From: Candidatus Brocadiia bacterium
GTDB lineage: Bacteria; Planctomycetota; Brocadiia; CAIUPP01
Length of the DNA stretch: 64,000 nt
Direction of reading: 5' to 3'
Assembly (NCBI GenBank): GCA_050015075.1
Contig: JBEKCB010000011.1
Location: 1 to 64,000 of the forward strand
Part shown: positions 18,395 to 28,448 of the stretch, piece by piece
Layout: each line of letters starts with the position of its first letter
How positions within the stretch are numbered: position 1 is the first letter of the stretch
Notes under the pieces: generated by a model
Told to the model about the DNA's origin: nothing
The model's input: only the letters and a program-made list of their open reading frames with translations
Databases searched by the model: none
Translations under genes and position numbers: made by a program

Positions 18395-20065
18395 ATGGCG
18401 GTTCTTCTCATTAAAGACGAAAACGGCGTCGAGCGGCGCGCGGCGCTCCAGCCGCTGCCGTTCCGCATCGGGAAGAAGTCGGGGCACAACGCGCTGGTGC
18501 TCGAGCACATCAGCATCTCTCGCGAGCATTGCGTGATATTCAAGGAGAAGGACGGGTTCGTCGTCGTGGATTCGGAGAGCCGCAACGGCACGTATCTCAA
18601 CGGGCGGCGGCTGGCGGGCCGCGAGCGCGAGGCGCTGCATGACCGCGATGCGATTCGGGTCGGGCCGTTTACGCTGACGTTTTTCGAGCGCGACACCGTC
18701 TCCGGCCCTTCGGCTGCGCTCAAGGCGGCGGCCAAGCCCGCCATGGCAGGCAAGTCCGCGCCGGCCGCGGCCGCTTCGGGCCGCCATACGCCGGTGGAAC
18801 TTAAAAAGAAGGTGCACGAGGAAGTCCTGGCGACGCTGGACCTGAAGCACACGGACCTGACGGAGAAGAGCGCCGAGGAGGTCCACGCGAAGGCCACCGC
18901 CGCCGCGCGCGCGGCCGTCCGGAAGTTCGACTCCGAGCGCCCCGCCTGGCTGGCCGCCGAGGTACTCGTCAAGGAGGTCGTGGACGAGGCGGTGGGCCTC
19001 GGCCCGCTCGAGGACTTCCTGGCCGATGACAGCGTGGACGAAATCATGGTCAACGGCTGGGAGCACCTCTACATCGAGCGCCACGGCAAGATCGTGCTGA
19101 CCGAGAAGCAGTTCACGAGCAACGAGCAGGTGCTGGCGGTCATCCGCCGCATCCTGGCGCCGATCGGACGGCGCGTGGACGAATCGAGCCCGATGGTGGA
19201 CGCGCGCCTGGCCGACGGATCGCGCGTCAACGCCATCATTCCGCCGCTCTGCCTGACCGGGCCGACGATCACCATCCGCAAATTCGCCCGCACGCCGTAC
19301 ACGTACGAAGACCTGATCCGCTTCGGCTCGATTACGCTGGCGATGGCCGACTTCCTGAAGCTGGCCGTCCACAATCGGCGCAACATCATCATCTCCGGCG
19401 GGACCGGCTCGGGCAAGACGACGTTCCTCAACATCCTCAGCGGCTACATCCCGCACACGGAGCGCATCGTGACGATCGAGGACGCGGCGGAACTGCGCCT
19501 GGCGCAGGACCACGTCGTCTCGCTCGAGAGCAAGCCGGCGAGCATCGAGGGGAAAGGCGAAGTCCCCATCCGCAAGCTGGTGATCAACGCGCTGCGCATG
19601 CGGCCCGACCGCATCGTCGTCGGCGAGTGCCGCGGCGGCGAGGCGCTCGACATGCTCCAGGCGATGAACACCGGCCACGACGGCTCGCTGACCACGCTGC
19701 ACGCGAACTCGCCGCGCGACGCGCTCGCCCGCCTCGAGACGCTGGTGCTCATGGCCGGCCTCGACCTGCCCACGCGCGCCATCCGCGAGCAGATGGCCTC
19801 GGCGATCAACCTCATCGTCCAGGGCGCCCGCATGCCCGACGGGACGCGCAAGATCACCAACATCTCCGAGATCACCGGCATGGAAGGCGAGACGATCACG
19901 ATGCAGTCCATCTTCGAGTTCACGCAGACCGGGTTCGACGACAAGGGCCGCGTCCTCGGCTCGCTGCACGCCACCGGCGCCATACCCAAGTTCGTCCACG
20001 ACCTGCGCCAGCGCGGCATTGAGGTGGACATGGGCATATTCCGGACCGAGGAGGAGGGCGGATGA
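18395..20065 (+). CDS. tadA: TadA/CpaF pilus ATPase with N-terminal FHA domain
   Basis: FHA (IGK...ISREH...SRNGTYLNG); GLGPLE, DEIMVNG, Walker [33 protein letters not shown]. Confidence 0.95.
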   Translation: MAVLLIKDENGVERRAALQPLPFRIGKKSGHNALVLEHISISREHCVIFKEKDGFVVVDSESRNGTYLNGRRLAGREREALHDRDAIRVGPFTLTFFERDTVSGPSAALKAAAKPAMAGKSAPAAAASGRHTPVELKKKVHEEVLATLDLKHTDLTEKSAEEVHAKATAAARAAVRKFDSERPAWLAAEVLVKEVVDEAVGLGPLEDFLADDSVDEIMVNGWEHLYIERHGKIVLTEKQFTSNEQVLAVIRRILAPIGRRVDESSPMVDARLADGSRVNAIIPPLCLTGPTITIRKFARTPYTYEDLIRFGSITLAMADFLKLAVHNRRNIIISGGTGSGKTTFLNILSGYIPHTERIVTIEDAAELRLAQDHVVSLESKPASIEGKGEVPIRKLVINALRMRPDRIVVGECRGGEALDMLQAMNTGHDGSLTTLHANSPRDALARLETLVLMAGLDLPTRAIREQMASAINLIVQGARMPDGTRKITNISEITGMEGETITMQSIFEFTQTGFDDKGRVLGSLHATGAIPKFVHDLRQRGIEVDMGIFRTEEEGG

Positions 20066-20940
20066 TGCCCGTGGCCGCCTCGATCCTCGATCCCTGGGCG
20101 GTGCTGTCGCTGGCCGCCACCTTCACCGCCGTGGTGATGCTCGCCTACGGGCTGCTCCAGTTCTTTTCCAGGGGGCTGAAGACCTACGAAGAGCGCTACG
20201 TCGCCGGCGCCACGCGCACCCTCGACGCGATGTACCTGACGATGACGCCGCAGCAAGTCCTCTATCTTTCCGCGCTGAGCACGCTGATCGTCGCCATCGT
20301 CGTCGGCGTGACCACGATGAACGCCGTCGCCGGCCTGGTCCTGGGCGCGGCGGCGTTCCTGACGCCGACGATCGTCATCCGCTTCCTCAAGTGGCGGCGC
20401 GACCGCAAGTTCGGCGTCCAACTCGTGGACGCGCTCGTCGCGATGGGCAACGGCCTCCGCGCCGGGCACAGCCTGCCCTCGGCGTTCGAGATGATCGCGC
20501 GCGAGACCGAGAACCCGATGGGGCAGGAGATGCGCCTGCTCACCCAGGAGATGCGCCTCGGCGTCAGCATGGACGACGCGCTCCAGCACCTCTACGAGCG
20601 CATGCCGAGCGAGGATCTGGACATCCTGATCAGCTCGATCCTGATCTCGCGCGAGGTCGGCGGGAACCTGGCGGAGGTGTTCGACAACATCGCCGACACC
20701 ATCCGCGACCGCCATCGCATCCAGGGGAAGATCACCGCGCTGACCGCGCAGGGCAAGCTGCAGGGCGTGGTCATCGCCGGGCTGCCGGTGATGATCGGGA
20801 TTTTCCTCAACGCCTGGAGCCCGGACCTGATGGCGCCCATGTTCAGCGACTGGCGCGGGCTGTGCATGCTGGGCCTGATTCTGGTCATGGAGACGATCGG
20901 CGGGCTCATGATCTGGCGGATTGTGTCCATCCGGATTTGA
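20062..20940 (+). CDS. tadB: Tad inner-membrane platform protein TadB
   Basis: [36 protein letters not shown]. Confidence 0.92.
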   Translation: MMPVAASILDPWAVLSLAATFTAVVMLAYGLLQFFSRGLKTYEERYVAGATRTLDAMYLTMTPQQVLYLSALSTLIVAIVVGVTTMNAVAGLVLGAAAFLTPTIVIRFLKWRRDRKFGVQLVDALVAMGNGLRAGHSLPSAFEMIARETENPMGQEMRLLTQEMRLGVSMDDALQHLYERMPSEDLDILISSILISREVGGNLAEVFDNIADTIRDRHRIQGKITALTAQGKLQGVVIAGLPVMIGIFLNAWSPDLMAPMFSDWRGLCMLGLILVMETIGGLMIWRIVSIRI

Positions 20941-20950
20941 GAGATCGGCG

Positions 20951-21877
20951 ATGTCGCAATCATCCTGGCAGGTCATCCTGTGGTCGCTGGCGGCCGGCGT
21001 GAGCGTCGGCTGCGTCGGGTACGTGCTGGCGAGCACGCTCCTGGAGAAGCGCGATGAGGCGCGGCGGCTCCGCGCGATGGGCCGCCCGGCGACCTCGCTG
21101 CTTTTCAAGCTGCTCCGGCCGGTGGCGCGCTGGGTCGCGTTCTACGTCGGCGGCATCTCGGCGCGCATCGAGATGGCCCTGGGCCGCCCGGCGGAAAAAT
21201 CGTACCTTGTCCGGCCGCGCATCTGGGCCGAGAAGCGCCTGCGCTCGGCCGCGTATCCCGAAGGCGTCACCGCTGACGAAATGCTCGGCCTGATCGCGCT
21301 CGGCGGGCTCATCGGCCTGCTGTTCGGCCTGGCCCTGAACATGCGACTGCAGTTCGGCCTGATCGTCGTGCTCACCCTGGCGATGGGGCTTTACCTGCCG
21401 CTGCTGTGGGTGCGCGGGCGCATCCGCCACCGGCAGGACGAAATCCGCCGCAGCCTGCCCTACGCGCTCGACCTGCTGACCCTTTCGGTCGAGGCGGGCC
21501 TCGACTTCACCCAGGCGATGACCCGCATCGTGAGGAAGCTCGGCAACAGCGCCCTGGCGGTGGAGCTCGGGCAGACTGTCCGCGATATCCATCTCGGGCG
21601 CACCCGCATGCAGGCGCTGCGCGAATTGAGCCGCCGCGTGGATCTCCCGGAGCTCAACAGCCTCGTCGGCGCGCTGATCCAGGCGGACGAACTCGGCTCG
21701 AGCCTCGGGCCGATCCTGCGCATCCAGGCCGACCAGCTCCGCATCCGCCGTTCGCAGGCCGCCGAGAAACTCGCCATGGAGGCGCCCGTCAAGATCCTGC
21801 TGCCGCTCATCCTCTTCATCTTCCCGACGATCTTCATCATGATCTTCGGGCCGATTGCGCTCAAGCTGCTGAAGTGA
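20951..21877 (+). CDS. tadC: Tad inner-membrane platform protein TadC
   Basis: [46 protein letters not shown]. Confidence 0.92.
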   Translation: MSQSSWQVILWSLAAGVSVGCVGYVLASTLLEKRDEARRLRAMGRPATSLLFKLLRPVARWVAFYVGGISARIEMALGRPAEKSYLVRPRIWAEKRLRSAAYPEGVTADEMLGLIALGGLIGLLFGLALNMRLQFGLIVVLTLAMGLYLPLLWVRGRIRHRQDEIRRSLPYALDLLTLSVEAGLDFTQAMTRIVRKLGNSALAVELGQTVRDIHLGRTRMQALRELSRRVDLPELNSLVGALIQADELGSSLGPILRIQADQLRIRRSQAAEKLAMEAPVKILLPLILFIFPTIFIMIFGPIALKLLK

Positions 21878-21889
21878 CGGAGCGCGGCA

Positions 21890-22255
21890 TTGACGGAGAA
21901 GAACGGCGTGGTTAGACTGATTCACGTCCGGACCGGCCGCGAGATCGCGCGCCTGGAAATCGCCCGGACCGAGCTGCAGCGCATGCGCGGGCTGCTGGGG
22001 CGGAGCGGACTGCCGCCCGGCCATGGGATGCTGATCGAGCGCTGCTGGAGCATCCACACGTTCTTCATGAAGTTCGCGCTGGACGTGATTTTTGTGGATT
22101 CGGACTGGGAAGTGCGCCGCGTGGTCCGCGACCTGCGGGCCTGGCGAATGGCCAGCTCCCTGGGCGCGAGCCAGGTCGTCGAACTGGCCGCCGGCGCGCT
22201 CGAGGGAACGGACCTCGCGCCGGGCGACGCGCTCAAAATCGAGGAAATCGGATGA
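21890..22255 (+). CDS. DUF192 family protein
   Basis: RMRGLLGR..L..GHGMLI..CWSIHTFFMKFALDVIFVD, VVELAAG. Confidence 0.9.
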   Translation: MTEKNGVVRLIHVRTGREIARLEIARTELQRMRGLLGRSGLPPGHGMLIERCWSIHTFFMKFALDVIFVDSDWEVRRVVRDLRAWRMASSLGASQVVELAAGALEGTDLAPGDALKIEEIG

Positions 22256-23571
22256 GTTCCCCGCAGACCTGGGACGTGCGCGCGCGATTCGTCGCGCTCA
22301 ACCCGCCGCTCCAGGGGCGGAGTTTCCCCATTTTGCTTTTCCCCGCCGTCATCGGGCGCGGCACCGAGTGCGAGGTCTTCCTCGATGCCGTCTCCATCTC
22401 GCGCCAGCATGCCGTCGTCGAGGAAAAGGACGGCCGCTTCCACATCCGCGACCTGGGCAGCCGCAACGGCATCAAGCTGGCCGATCAGCCGGTCCACGAG
22501 GCGGTTTTGAACGCCGGCGACGTGGTCACCGTGGGCGACATCCAACTGCGGTTCGACCCGGTCTCCGCCGGCGAGCCGGCGGCCGCGAAAACCCCGGCGT
22601 CCGCGGATCGGATCCTGACCGGACAGGAGATCGTCGCCCTCGCGCAGTCCTCGCCGCCGGCGGACCTCGCCGCCGGGGCCGAGACCGCCGAAGGCGCGCC
22701 GGAGTCCCAGCCGCGCGTCGGCCTGAACCTGAAGATGGTCGTCGCGGTCGTCGCGGCGCTGGTCCTTTCGGTGGGCCTGGGCGCTTTCATCCTCCGTTAC
22801 CTCGGCAGCGCGTCGGAGGTTCACAGAGCGCAATGGCCCGGCGTCCTGGTCAAGGTCGGCGAGAAGAAGTGGATCCAGATCTCGCGCATGCAGTACCTGA
22901 AGATCGGGACCGACACCTGGTGGACGCCGACGGACTTGGGCGACCGCGATATCCGGGAAATCGTCGTGGGCGATCCGCAGGAATCGGCGAATCCCTCGGG
23001 CGGCGGCAACGGCGGCGATTCGCTCGCCGAGGTGGAGAAGTACGACCCCGGCGAAATCCTCGTCACCGGAAAGTCCCCGGGCGAGACCGGTGTGACGATC
23101 ACGCTGGACAACGGCTCCGTCCTTACCATGCGCGTCCTCGTGCGCGGCCGGCTCGAGGACCCGCTCGACCCGTTGCTCTACGGGCGCTATCCCGCGCCGG
23201 AGCGTATAGCGATGGCGGAGCAGTTCCTCAACAACGGCGTCCGCATCGAAAAGGAAAGGCCTTACCTGGCGCTGCAGGAATACCTGAAGGCCAGGGCCGT
23301 GCTCACGCCGCTGCCGGACCGGCTCAAGGGCGACCTGTACTATCTGCAGGTCGGCCCGCGGCTCGCGAGGGCGCAGAGGACCGTGGACGACAAGTGGAGT
23401 GCGATGCGCGGCAAGATCAGCGTGGCAGCCGCCAGCAACGATCTGGCGACAGCGATGGACCTCCTGCAGGAGGCCGTGAAGCTGATCCCCGACCCGAATG
23501 ACCCGCGGCACCAGAAGGCGCAGGGCGCCCTCCGCGCGCTCATCCGCCGCCAACTCGAGGAAAGGCAATAA
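22252..23571 (+). CDS. FHA-domain membrane protein with a pilus-formation N-terminal-like domain and a helical C-terminus
   Basis: FHA (IGRG...SISRQHA...DLGSRNG); TM; GEILVTGKSPGETGVTI motif. Confidence 0.8.
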   Translation: MSSPQTWDVRARFVALNPPLQGRSFPILLFPAVIGRGTECEVFLDAVSISRQHAVVEEKDGRFHIRDLGSRNGIKLADQPVHEAVLNAGDVVTVGDIQLRFDPVSAGEPAAAKTPASADRILTGQEIVALAQSSPPADLAAGAETAEGAPESQPRVGLNLKMVVAVVAALVLSVGLGAFILRYLGSASEVHRAQWPGVLVKVGEKKWIQISRMQYLKIGTDTWWTPTDLGDRDIREIVVGDPQESANPSGGGNGGDSLAEVEKYDPGEILVTGKSPGETGVTITLDNGSVLTMRVLVRGRLEDPLDPLLYGRYPAPERIAMAEQFLNNGVRIEKERPYLALQEYLKARAVLTPLPDRLKGDLYYLQVGPRLARAQRTVDDKWSAMRGKISVAAASNDLATAMDLLQEAVKLIPDPNDPRHQKAQGALRALIRRQLEERQ

Positions 23572-23573
23572 CC

Positions 23574-25706
23574 GTGCGGCTGATCGCCGAGTTCAAGGGA
23601 GAACGGCGCGAGCATCGCCTCCGCGAGGGGACCATCGTCATCGGCCGCGACCCTTCGTGCGACCTTGCCTTTCCCGACCCGATGCTCTCGCGGCGCCACG
23701 TGGAATGCAGCCTCGAAGGCGGGCGCATCGTCGTCCGCGACCTGAACACCAAGAACGGCACCTTCCTCGGCTCGCAGCGGATCGAGGTCGCGCGGCTGCC
23801 GCCGGGCGTGCCGCTTCGGGCGGGCAGCGTGTGGCTTCGGTTCGAGACCGAAGACAACGAGGAATCGCTCGTCCCGTCTCCGGGAACGGGGCAGGGCGCG
23901 ACGACTCCGCCCGGGCCGCTCGGCGACCTCGAATCGCGCGTGCCGGCCGCGGAGAATTACGAGCAGGACGAGGAACCCACGCCCAGCGTGGAGGAGGCGG
24001 CGCCGGCCTCCGGTCCCGCCGCCGACGACGCGCGAGTGGTGGTCCGCGACAACCGGTGGTACTTGCGCGACGCGGAGACCGGCTTGGAAGTCGAAATCGT
24101 CCCTCTTCAAAAAGACGGCGCCACCGGGCCGGAAGCCGCCGCGCCGCCGGGCGCCCAATTGCCCGCGAGGATCATTCGCCGCGACGAGACCGTCGCCGCG
24201 CCGCGCGCCGCCGTGCGCGGGCCCGGACCGGGCAGGTTCGGCGCCCTCATGGGCGACCGCAAGCGTCGCATCAGGATTCTCGTTGCCGCGCTCGCCGTCT
24301 TGGCCGTCCTCCTCGTCGTGGGCGTGGTTCTCTCCAGGCGGCCGAAGCCGATTCCGGCGCTCTCGCGCGCCCAGTACCGCGCGCTGGTTGACCGCGCCGT
24401 GGAACTGTTCCAAACCGATCCGGCCGCCGCCGCGGAACAACTCCAGGATTTGCAGCAGCGGCCGGCGGAAGGCGAGCCCAAGCTGGCTAAAATCCTGCAG
24501 GAGGCGTTCGCGGCCGACGCTGCCGGGGTCAAGAATCTTGAAAAAGGCTACGAGTCGGCGGAGGCGAAATGGGAGGAAGTCCGCAAATCCGCCGAAAGCA
24601 CCGATGCCGCCGTCAGCCTCGCGCGGGAACGGTTCGACTGGTTCCAGAGCCAGGTGATAGACCTGACCTACCTGGTCGCCGCCCGCGACGCCATCAAGCA
24701 GGGCGCGTATCTCAAAGCGCTGGAGAATGCCGCCAGCCTGGACAAGGCCGGCAAATACGGCAAAGAGGCCGAGGAGTTGGTCCAGCAGGCGACCGACGCA
24801 CTCATGAAGACCGTCACGGCCGACGTGACCCAGATGCGCTGGACCGCCGCCGCGAAAGGGCTCAGCGATCTGATGAAGGCGCGGCCGGACCTGGCCGAAT
24901 CGCTCCAGCCGAAAATCGCGGAGTATGAACAGAACGAAGCGCAGCGCTTGAACCTCGAAGCAGCGAGGCAGCTCGTCCAGGAAGGCAAATTCAGCGAGGC
25001 CGGCCCGTTGCTCGAAAAGATCGGCACGACCGGCCCGTACGCGCAGCAGGCCGCGGCGCTCATGACGCAGGTCCGCCAGAGCGACCTGGTCAAGGCCGCG
25101 CAGAAGGCGTACGAGAGCGGCTCAGGCGAGCAGGCCGTGGATATGCTCGTCAAAGCGGGCCTGGGCGACTCGCCGGCCGTCGCCCGCATGCGCACCGTCA
25201 TGGCGGACAAAGCCAAAGCCCACGACGCGCTCCAGGCCAGACGCTTCGGCGAGGCCAAAGCCGCGTGGGAGGAAATCCTCCGCCTGGAGCCGGTGCAGAC
25301 CAATGCTTACGCCCAGGACGCGAAACACAATCTGGACAACATGCCCGAGGCGGTCAAGGCCGGCGCCCACCATTTGGTTGACCAGGCGGACCAGGCCTTC
25401 GAGGACCACAAGTACCCGGCGGCGCGAGACGCTTACGAAGAGGCCCTCAAGCTCGATCCCGCCAGCAAGGAAGCCAAGGACGGCCTCGCCCGGATGTCCA
25501 AGAGCGCCCTTTTCGATTTCAACATCGCCATCTCGATGCCGCGCGACACCCTCGAACAGGTCAACGACGTGCTCGAGAAACTCCAGGCGGTCCGCGACCG
25601 CATCCTCACGGACGACTCGCTCTACCTGCAGGTGGACCGCGAACTCAGCGAGGTCCAGCGCATCAAGGCGAAGCTGGAAAAGCAGGCCGCCCCGAAAGCG
25701 CCTTGA
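23574..25706 (+). CDS. FHA-domain, single-TM, TPR-like repeat protein
   Basis: FHA (IGRDPSCD...LSRRH...DLNTKNGTF); TM; YEEALKLDP..KEA TPR-like helices. Confidence 0.82.
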   Translation: MRLIAEFKGERREHRLREGTIVIGRDPSCDLAFPDPMLSRRHVECSLEGGRIVVRDLNTKNGTFLGSQRIEVARLPPGVPLRAGSVWLRFETEDNEESLVPSPGTGQGATTPPGPLGDLESRVPAAENYEQDEEPTPSVEEAAPASGPAADDARVVVRDNRWYLRDAETGLEVEIVPLQKDGATGPEAAAPPGAQLPARIIRRDETVAAPRAAVRGPGPGRFGALMGDRKRRIRILVAALAVLAVLLVVGVVLSRRPKPIPALSRAQYRALVDRAVELFQTDPAAAAEQLQDLQQRPAEGEPKLAKILQEAFAADAAGVKNLEKGYESAEAKWEEVRKSAESTDAAVSLARERFDWFQSQVIDLTYLVAARDAIKQGAYLKALENAASLDKAGKYGKEAEELVQQATDALMKTVTADVTQMRWTAAAKGLSDLMKARPDLAESLQPKIAEYEQNEAQRLNLEAARQLVQEGKFSEAGPLLEKIGTTGPYAQQAAALMTQVRQSDLVKAAQKAYESGSGEQAVDMLVKAGLGDSPAVARMRTVMADKAKAHDALQARRFGEAKAAWEEILRLEPVQTNAYAQDAKHNLDNMPEAVKAGAHHLVDQADQAFEDHKYPAARDAYEEALKLDPASKEAKDGLARMSKSALFDFNIAISMPRDTLEQVNDVLEKLQAVRDRILTDDSLYLQVDRELSEVQRIKAKLEKQAAPKAP

Positions 25707-25754
25707 GCCGCGCGGTCCGGCGCCATCGCGGCCGCTGCGGGATCGGGGAATGGA

Positions 25755-26714
25755 TCAGCGGTATCGCTCCGCCGCCTTCCGGCACGCCTCGGCGACCTGG
25801 CGGCGCAGGGCTTCGGGGGCGAGCAGTTCCACTTTGCCGGCGTGCGCCATGACCCAGGCGATGATCCACTGCGGCTGGCTCACGGAGAGGTGCAGGATCA
25901 GGCCGCCGTCGGGCAGGGCGCGGATTTTGCCGGCCGGGTGCTCCTCGCGGACCCAGCGCGCCAGCTCCGGCGCAATGCGCAGCTTCACCCGCAGGTCGCG
26001 CGAGGTCGGGAAATACATCTGCGGACGCCGGTACTTCTCCAGGTCGAACGACGGCGGCGCTTCGAAGGTCCGTTCCAGCAGGCTCGCCCGCCGGATCCGA
26101 TCCACGCGGAACGGAAGCTCGCGGTCTCGCAGCAGGCAATGCCCGACGAGGTACCATTCGCCGCCGTGCTCGATCAGGCCGTACGGGCGCACGTCGCGCT
26201 CGGTCATCTCGTCGCGGCTGGCGGTGTAGTACTCCATGCGTACCTCGCGCCGCTCCTCGATCGCCTGCTCCAGCAGCGCCACGCGCGACTGGACCTCGCG
26301 CTGCGGCGGGCCGACCTCCACCTGTCGCCGCGCCGTCCGCCAGAGCGACCGCGCGCCGGTCGGCAGCAGCGCGACCAGTTTCCGCTGAAGCTGCTCCGCC
26401 GCCTCCAGGCCGCGATGCGTCAGCGGCAGCGCGCGCAGCGCCAGGTTCAGGCTCAGCGCCTCCTCGAACGTCAGGTTCACCGGCCGCTTGAAATGCTCCG
26501 CGAACGAGAGGTAGATGCGGTCGCCTTCGAGCACCACGCCGATGTAGTCGTTCGGCAGGTATGGCGGCACGCCGCAGAGGAGCACCGCGTCGAGGTCGGC
26601 GAGGATCGTCTCCGGCGTCGTGTGCAGGTACTGCGCCAGTTCGCGCACCGCGATTCCCGGATGCCGCTGGATGTACGGGATCATGACGAGGATGCGTGTG
26701 ATCTGGTCGCTCAT
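25755..26714 (-). CDS. HTH-WYL-WCX transcriptional regulator, PafC-like
   Basis: RILVMIPYI..HPGI...LLCGVPPYLPNDYI; YYTASRDEMTERDVRPY; WYLVGHC..R..FRVDRI; start overlaps upstream stop (ATGA). Confidence 0.92.
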   Translation of the reverse strand: MSDQITRILVMIPYIQRHPGIAVRELAQYLHTTPETILADLDAVLLCGVPPYLPNDYIGVVLEGDRIYLSFAEHFKRPVNLTFEEALSLNLALRALPLTHRGLEAAEQLQRKLVALLPTGARSLWRTARRQVEVGPPQREVQSRVALLEQAIEERREVRMEYYTASRDEMTERDVRPYGLIEHGGEWYLVGHCLLRDRELPFRVDRIRRASLLERTFEAPPSFDLEKYRRPQMYFPTSRDLRVKLRIAPELARWVREEHPAGKIRALPDGGLILHLSVSQPQWIIAWVMAHAGKVELLAPEALRRQVAEACRKAAERYR

Positions 26715-27787
26715 ATCGCATGCGCCTCCGCCATTGCCTGGAGCGCCTCGGCGACGCGGGCGCGAAACTCCGGCGGGTCGAGCACCTCGGCGTGATGCGC
26801 AAAACCGAGCACCCAGTGCAGGAGCGAATCGAGGTGCGTCGCCTGCCGCGTCAGGATCGCCGAGCCGTCCGGTCGCGCGCAGTACGCTGCGCACTCTTGC
26901 TGCTCTTCCCACTGGTCTCCCGGCGACGGACGCAGGCGGACCATGAACGCGACGTCGGCGTCGAAGCGGATTCGGACGGCCGTGCGGGTGGCTTTCCCGA
27001 AAAGCCAGGGCGGCATCCCGACGTGGTCCTGCACGCGGAAGCCGGGCGGCAGTTCGTACTCGGGCTGGAGGCTGTCGAGGTGCACGCGCGCCACGGCGCC
27101 GCGGATGCGGTCGGTGCGGAACACGCGGATGTCCTTGCGCGCGCGGTCGTTCGCGACCAGGTACCAGTGGCCGTTGGAAAAGCCGATGCCGTACGGCTCC
27201 GCCGTCCGGCGCTCGAGCCGGTCGTTGCCGATGGCGTAGTACGAGAACTGCACTGCGCGCCGGTTGAGTACCGCCGTCGTGAGTTGCCGCAGGTTCGCCT
27301 GGTCCTGGACGGTGGCCGGCTCGCCGGCCGCGGCGGGCGCGCCGAGGCGATGGAACAGGAAATGCTCCTCAGCCGTCTCGCGGATCTGGCCGGGGATCGG
27401 CGAGTCGAACTGGAGCTTCCGCAGCGCCGAGCGCAGGGCGTCGGAGACCGGCCCGGCCGCGCCGGTCAGCAGGAACCGTCCCGCCAGCGCCAGGATCGCC
27501 GCCTCGGAGGGCGAAAGCTGCACGTGCGGGAGGAAATACGCCTCGCGCGGGAGCACGTAGCCGGCCTCGCCCGTCTCGTCCTCCGCCTCGAACTTCAGCG
27601 GCACGCCCAGCTCGCGCAGCGCCGCCTTGTCGCGCTCGAACCGCCGCTCGAGCGACGCGCGGTTGCCGCGCTCGTCGCGATAGCCGACGACCGACTCGCG
27701 GATCTTCGCGAAGCTCACCGGCCGCCGCGATTTGAGCAGGAACGACACTAGGTTGAGCAGACGCTCGCTTTTCGATATCGCAACCAT
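26711..27787 (-). CDS. HTH-WYL-WCX transcriptional regulator, PafB-like
   Basis: SKSERLLNLVSFLL, FERDKAALRELGVPL, WYLVAND..R..FRTDRI, EVLDPPEFR. Confidence 0.92.
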   Translation of the reverse strand: MVAISKSERLLNLVSFLLKSRRPVSFAKIRESVVGYRDERGNRASLERRFERDKAALRELGVPLKFEAEDETGEAGYVLPREAYFLPHVQLSPSEAAILALAGRFLLTGAAGPVSDALRSALRKLQFDSPIPGQIRETAEEHFLFHRLGAPAAAGEPATVQDQANLRQLTTAVLNRRAVQFSYYAIGNDRLERRTAEPYGIGFSNGHWYLVANDRARKDIRVFRTDRIRGAVARVHLDSLQPEYELPPGFRVQDHVGMPPWLFGKATRTAVRIRFDADVAFMVRLRPSPGDQWEEQQECAAYCARPDGSAILTRQATHLDSLLHWVLGFAHHAEVLDPPEFRARVAEALQAMAEAHAI

Positions 27788-27819
27788 AGAACGGATTCCG
27801 CACGTAAAACCGTACGGCG

Positions 27820-27839
27820 CAGTATGTTACTACATACTG
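27820..27839. promoter_or_regulatory. Perfect 8-bp inverted repeat, candidate operator
   Basis: CAGTATGT-TACT-ACATACTG, 33 bp upstream of the PafB-like start codon. Confidence 0.5.
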
Positions 27840-27870
27840 TTACGCAAACATAAGCGCCGCAGTCCATTAG

Positions 27871-28256
27871 GACAAATTGGGTTCGTTTTTTCAAATCGTC
27901 TCGCGCGCATTATATCAAGTTGCGTCCTGCAGTTGTGACTTTCGCTGTCGGAGAACCTTGCGATGGTGCGTACCGCTGCTCGACCGGCCACGGCGTTGTC
28001 GGCACCCTCCGCAAGGTGGAGTGTATCACAAATTGGATTCGTTTTTTCAAACTCACCGACAATGGTTGCGCTGATCGCCTGCCGCCTTGCGGCTTCTCAT
28101 GCGACACCCTGTCTTTGTCATTCCCGCGAAGGCGGGAATCCAAGCGTGCAGCTTGCGATTCTGGATTCCCGCCTTCGCGGGAATGACGGGTAGATTCATA
28201 AGACATTTCAAAAGAACCTGTTGAGACAAATTGGGTTCGTTTTTTCAAATCGTCTC
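27871..28256. repeat. Three direct repeats of GACAAATTGGGTTCGTTTTTTCAAATCGTCTC
   Basis: Identical 32-mers at 27871-27902 and 28225-28256; 24-nt variant at 28028-28051. Confidence 0.9.
28117..28187. repeat. dRS3/RPE-like palindromic element
   Basis: GTCATTCCCGCGAAGGCGGGAATCCA...TGGATTCCCGCCTTCGCGGGAATGAC, perfect 26-bp arms. Confidence 0.9.
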
Positions 28257-28419
28257 ATCCGCGCCATCTTCGTCCTCGGCAGCATCATGCGACCTCGCGC
28301 GCGCGGATGCCGGCGCTTCCTGGCGCAAGGTGCGTGTCATTCCCGCATCAGCCTGAATAGTGAGACAGGCAACGAAGAGCGCATACGCTGCTTCAGCCTT
28401 CATTGTCCCTGCGGCCGGC

Positions 28420-28448
28420 AAGATACCATAATAATTCTTATATGTCAA
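28420..28448 (-). promoter_or_regulatory. sigma70-type promoter facing the WYL operon
   Basis: TTGACA-N17-TATCTT on the minus strand in an AT-rich patch. Confidence 0.6.

Noticed and set aside
27871-28256. CRISPR array interpretation of the three 24-32-nt direct repeats
   Set aside because: Inter-repeat segments are over 120 nt and unequal, there are no cas genes in the window, and a degenerate copy lies elsewhere (2156-2178)
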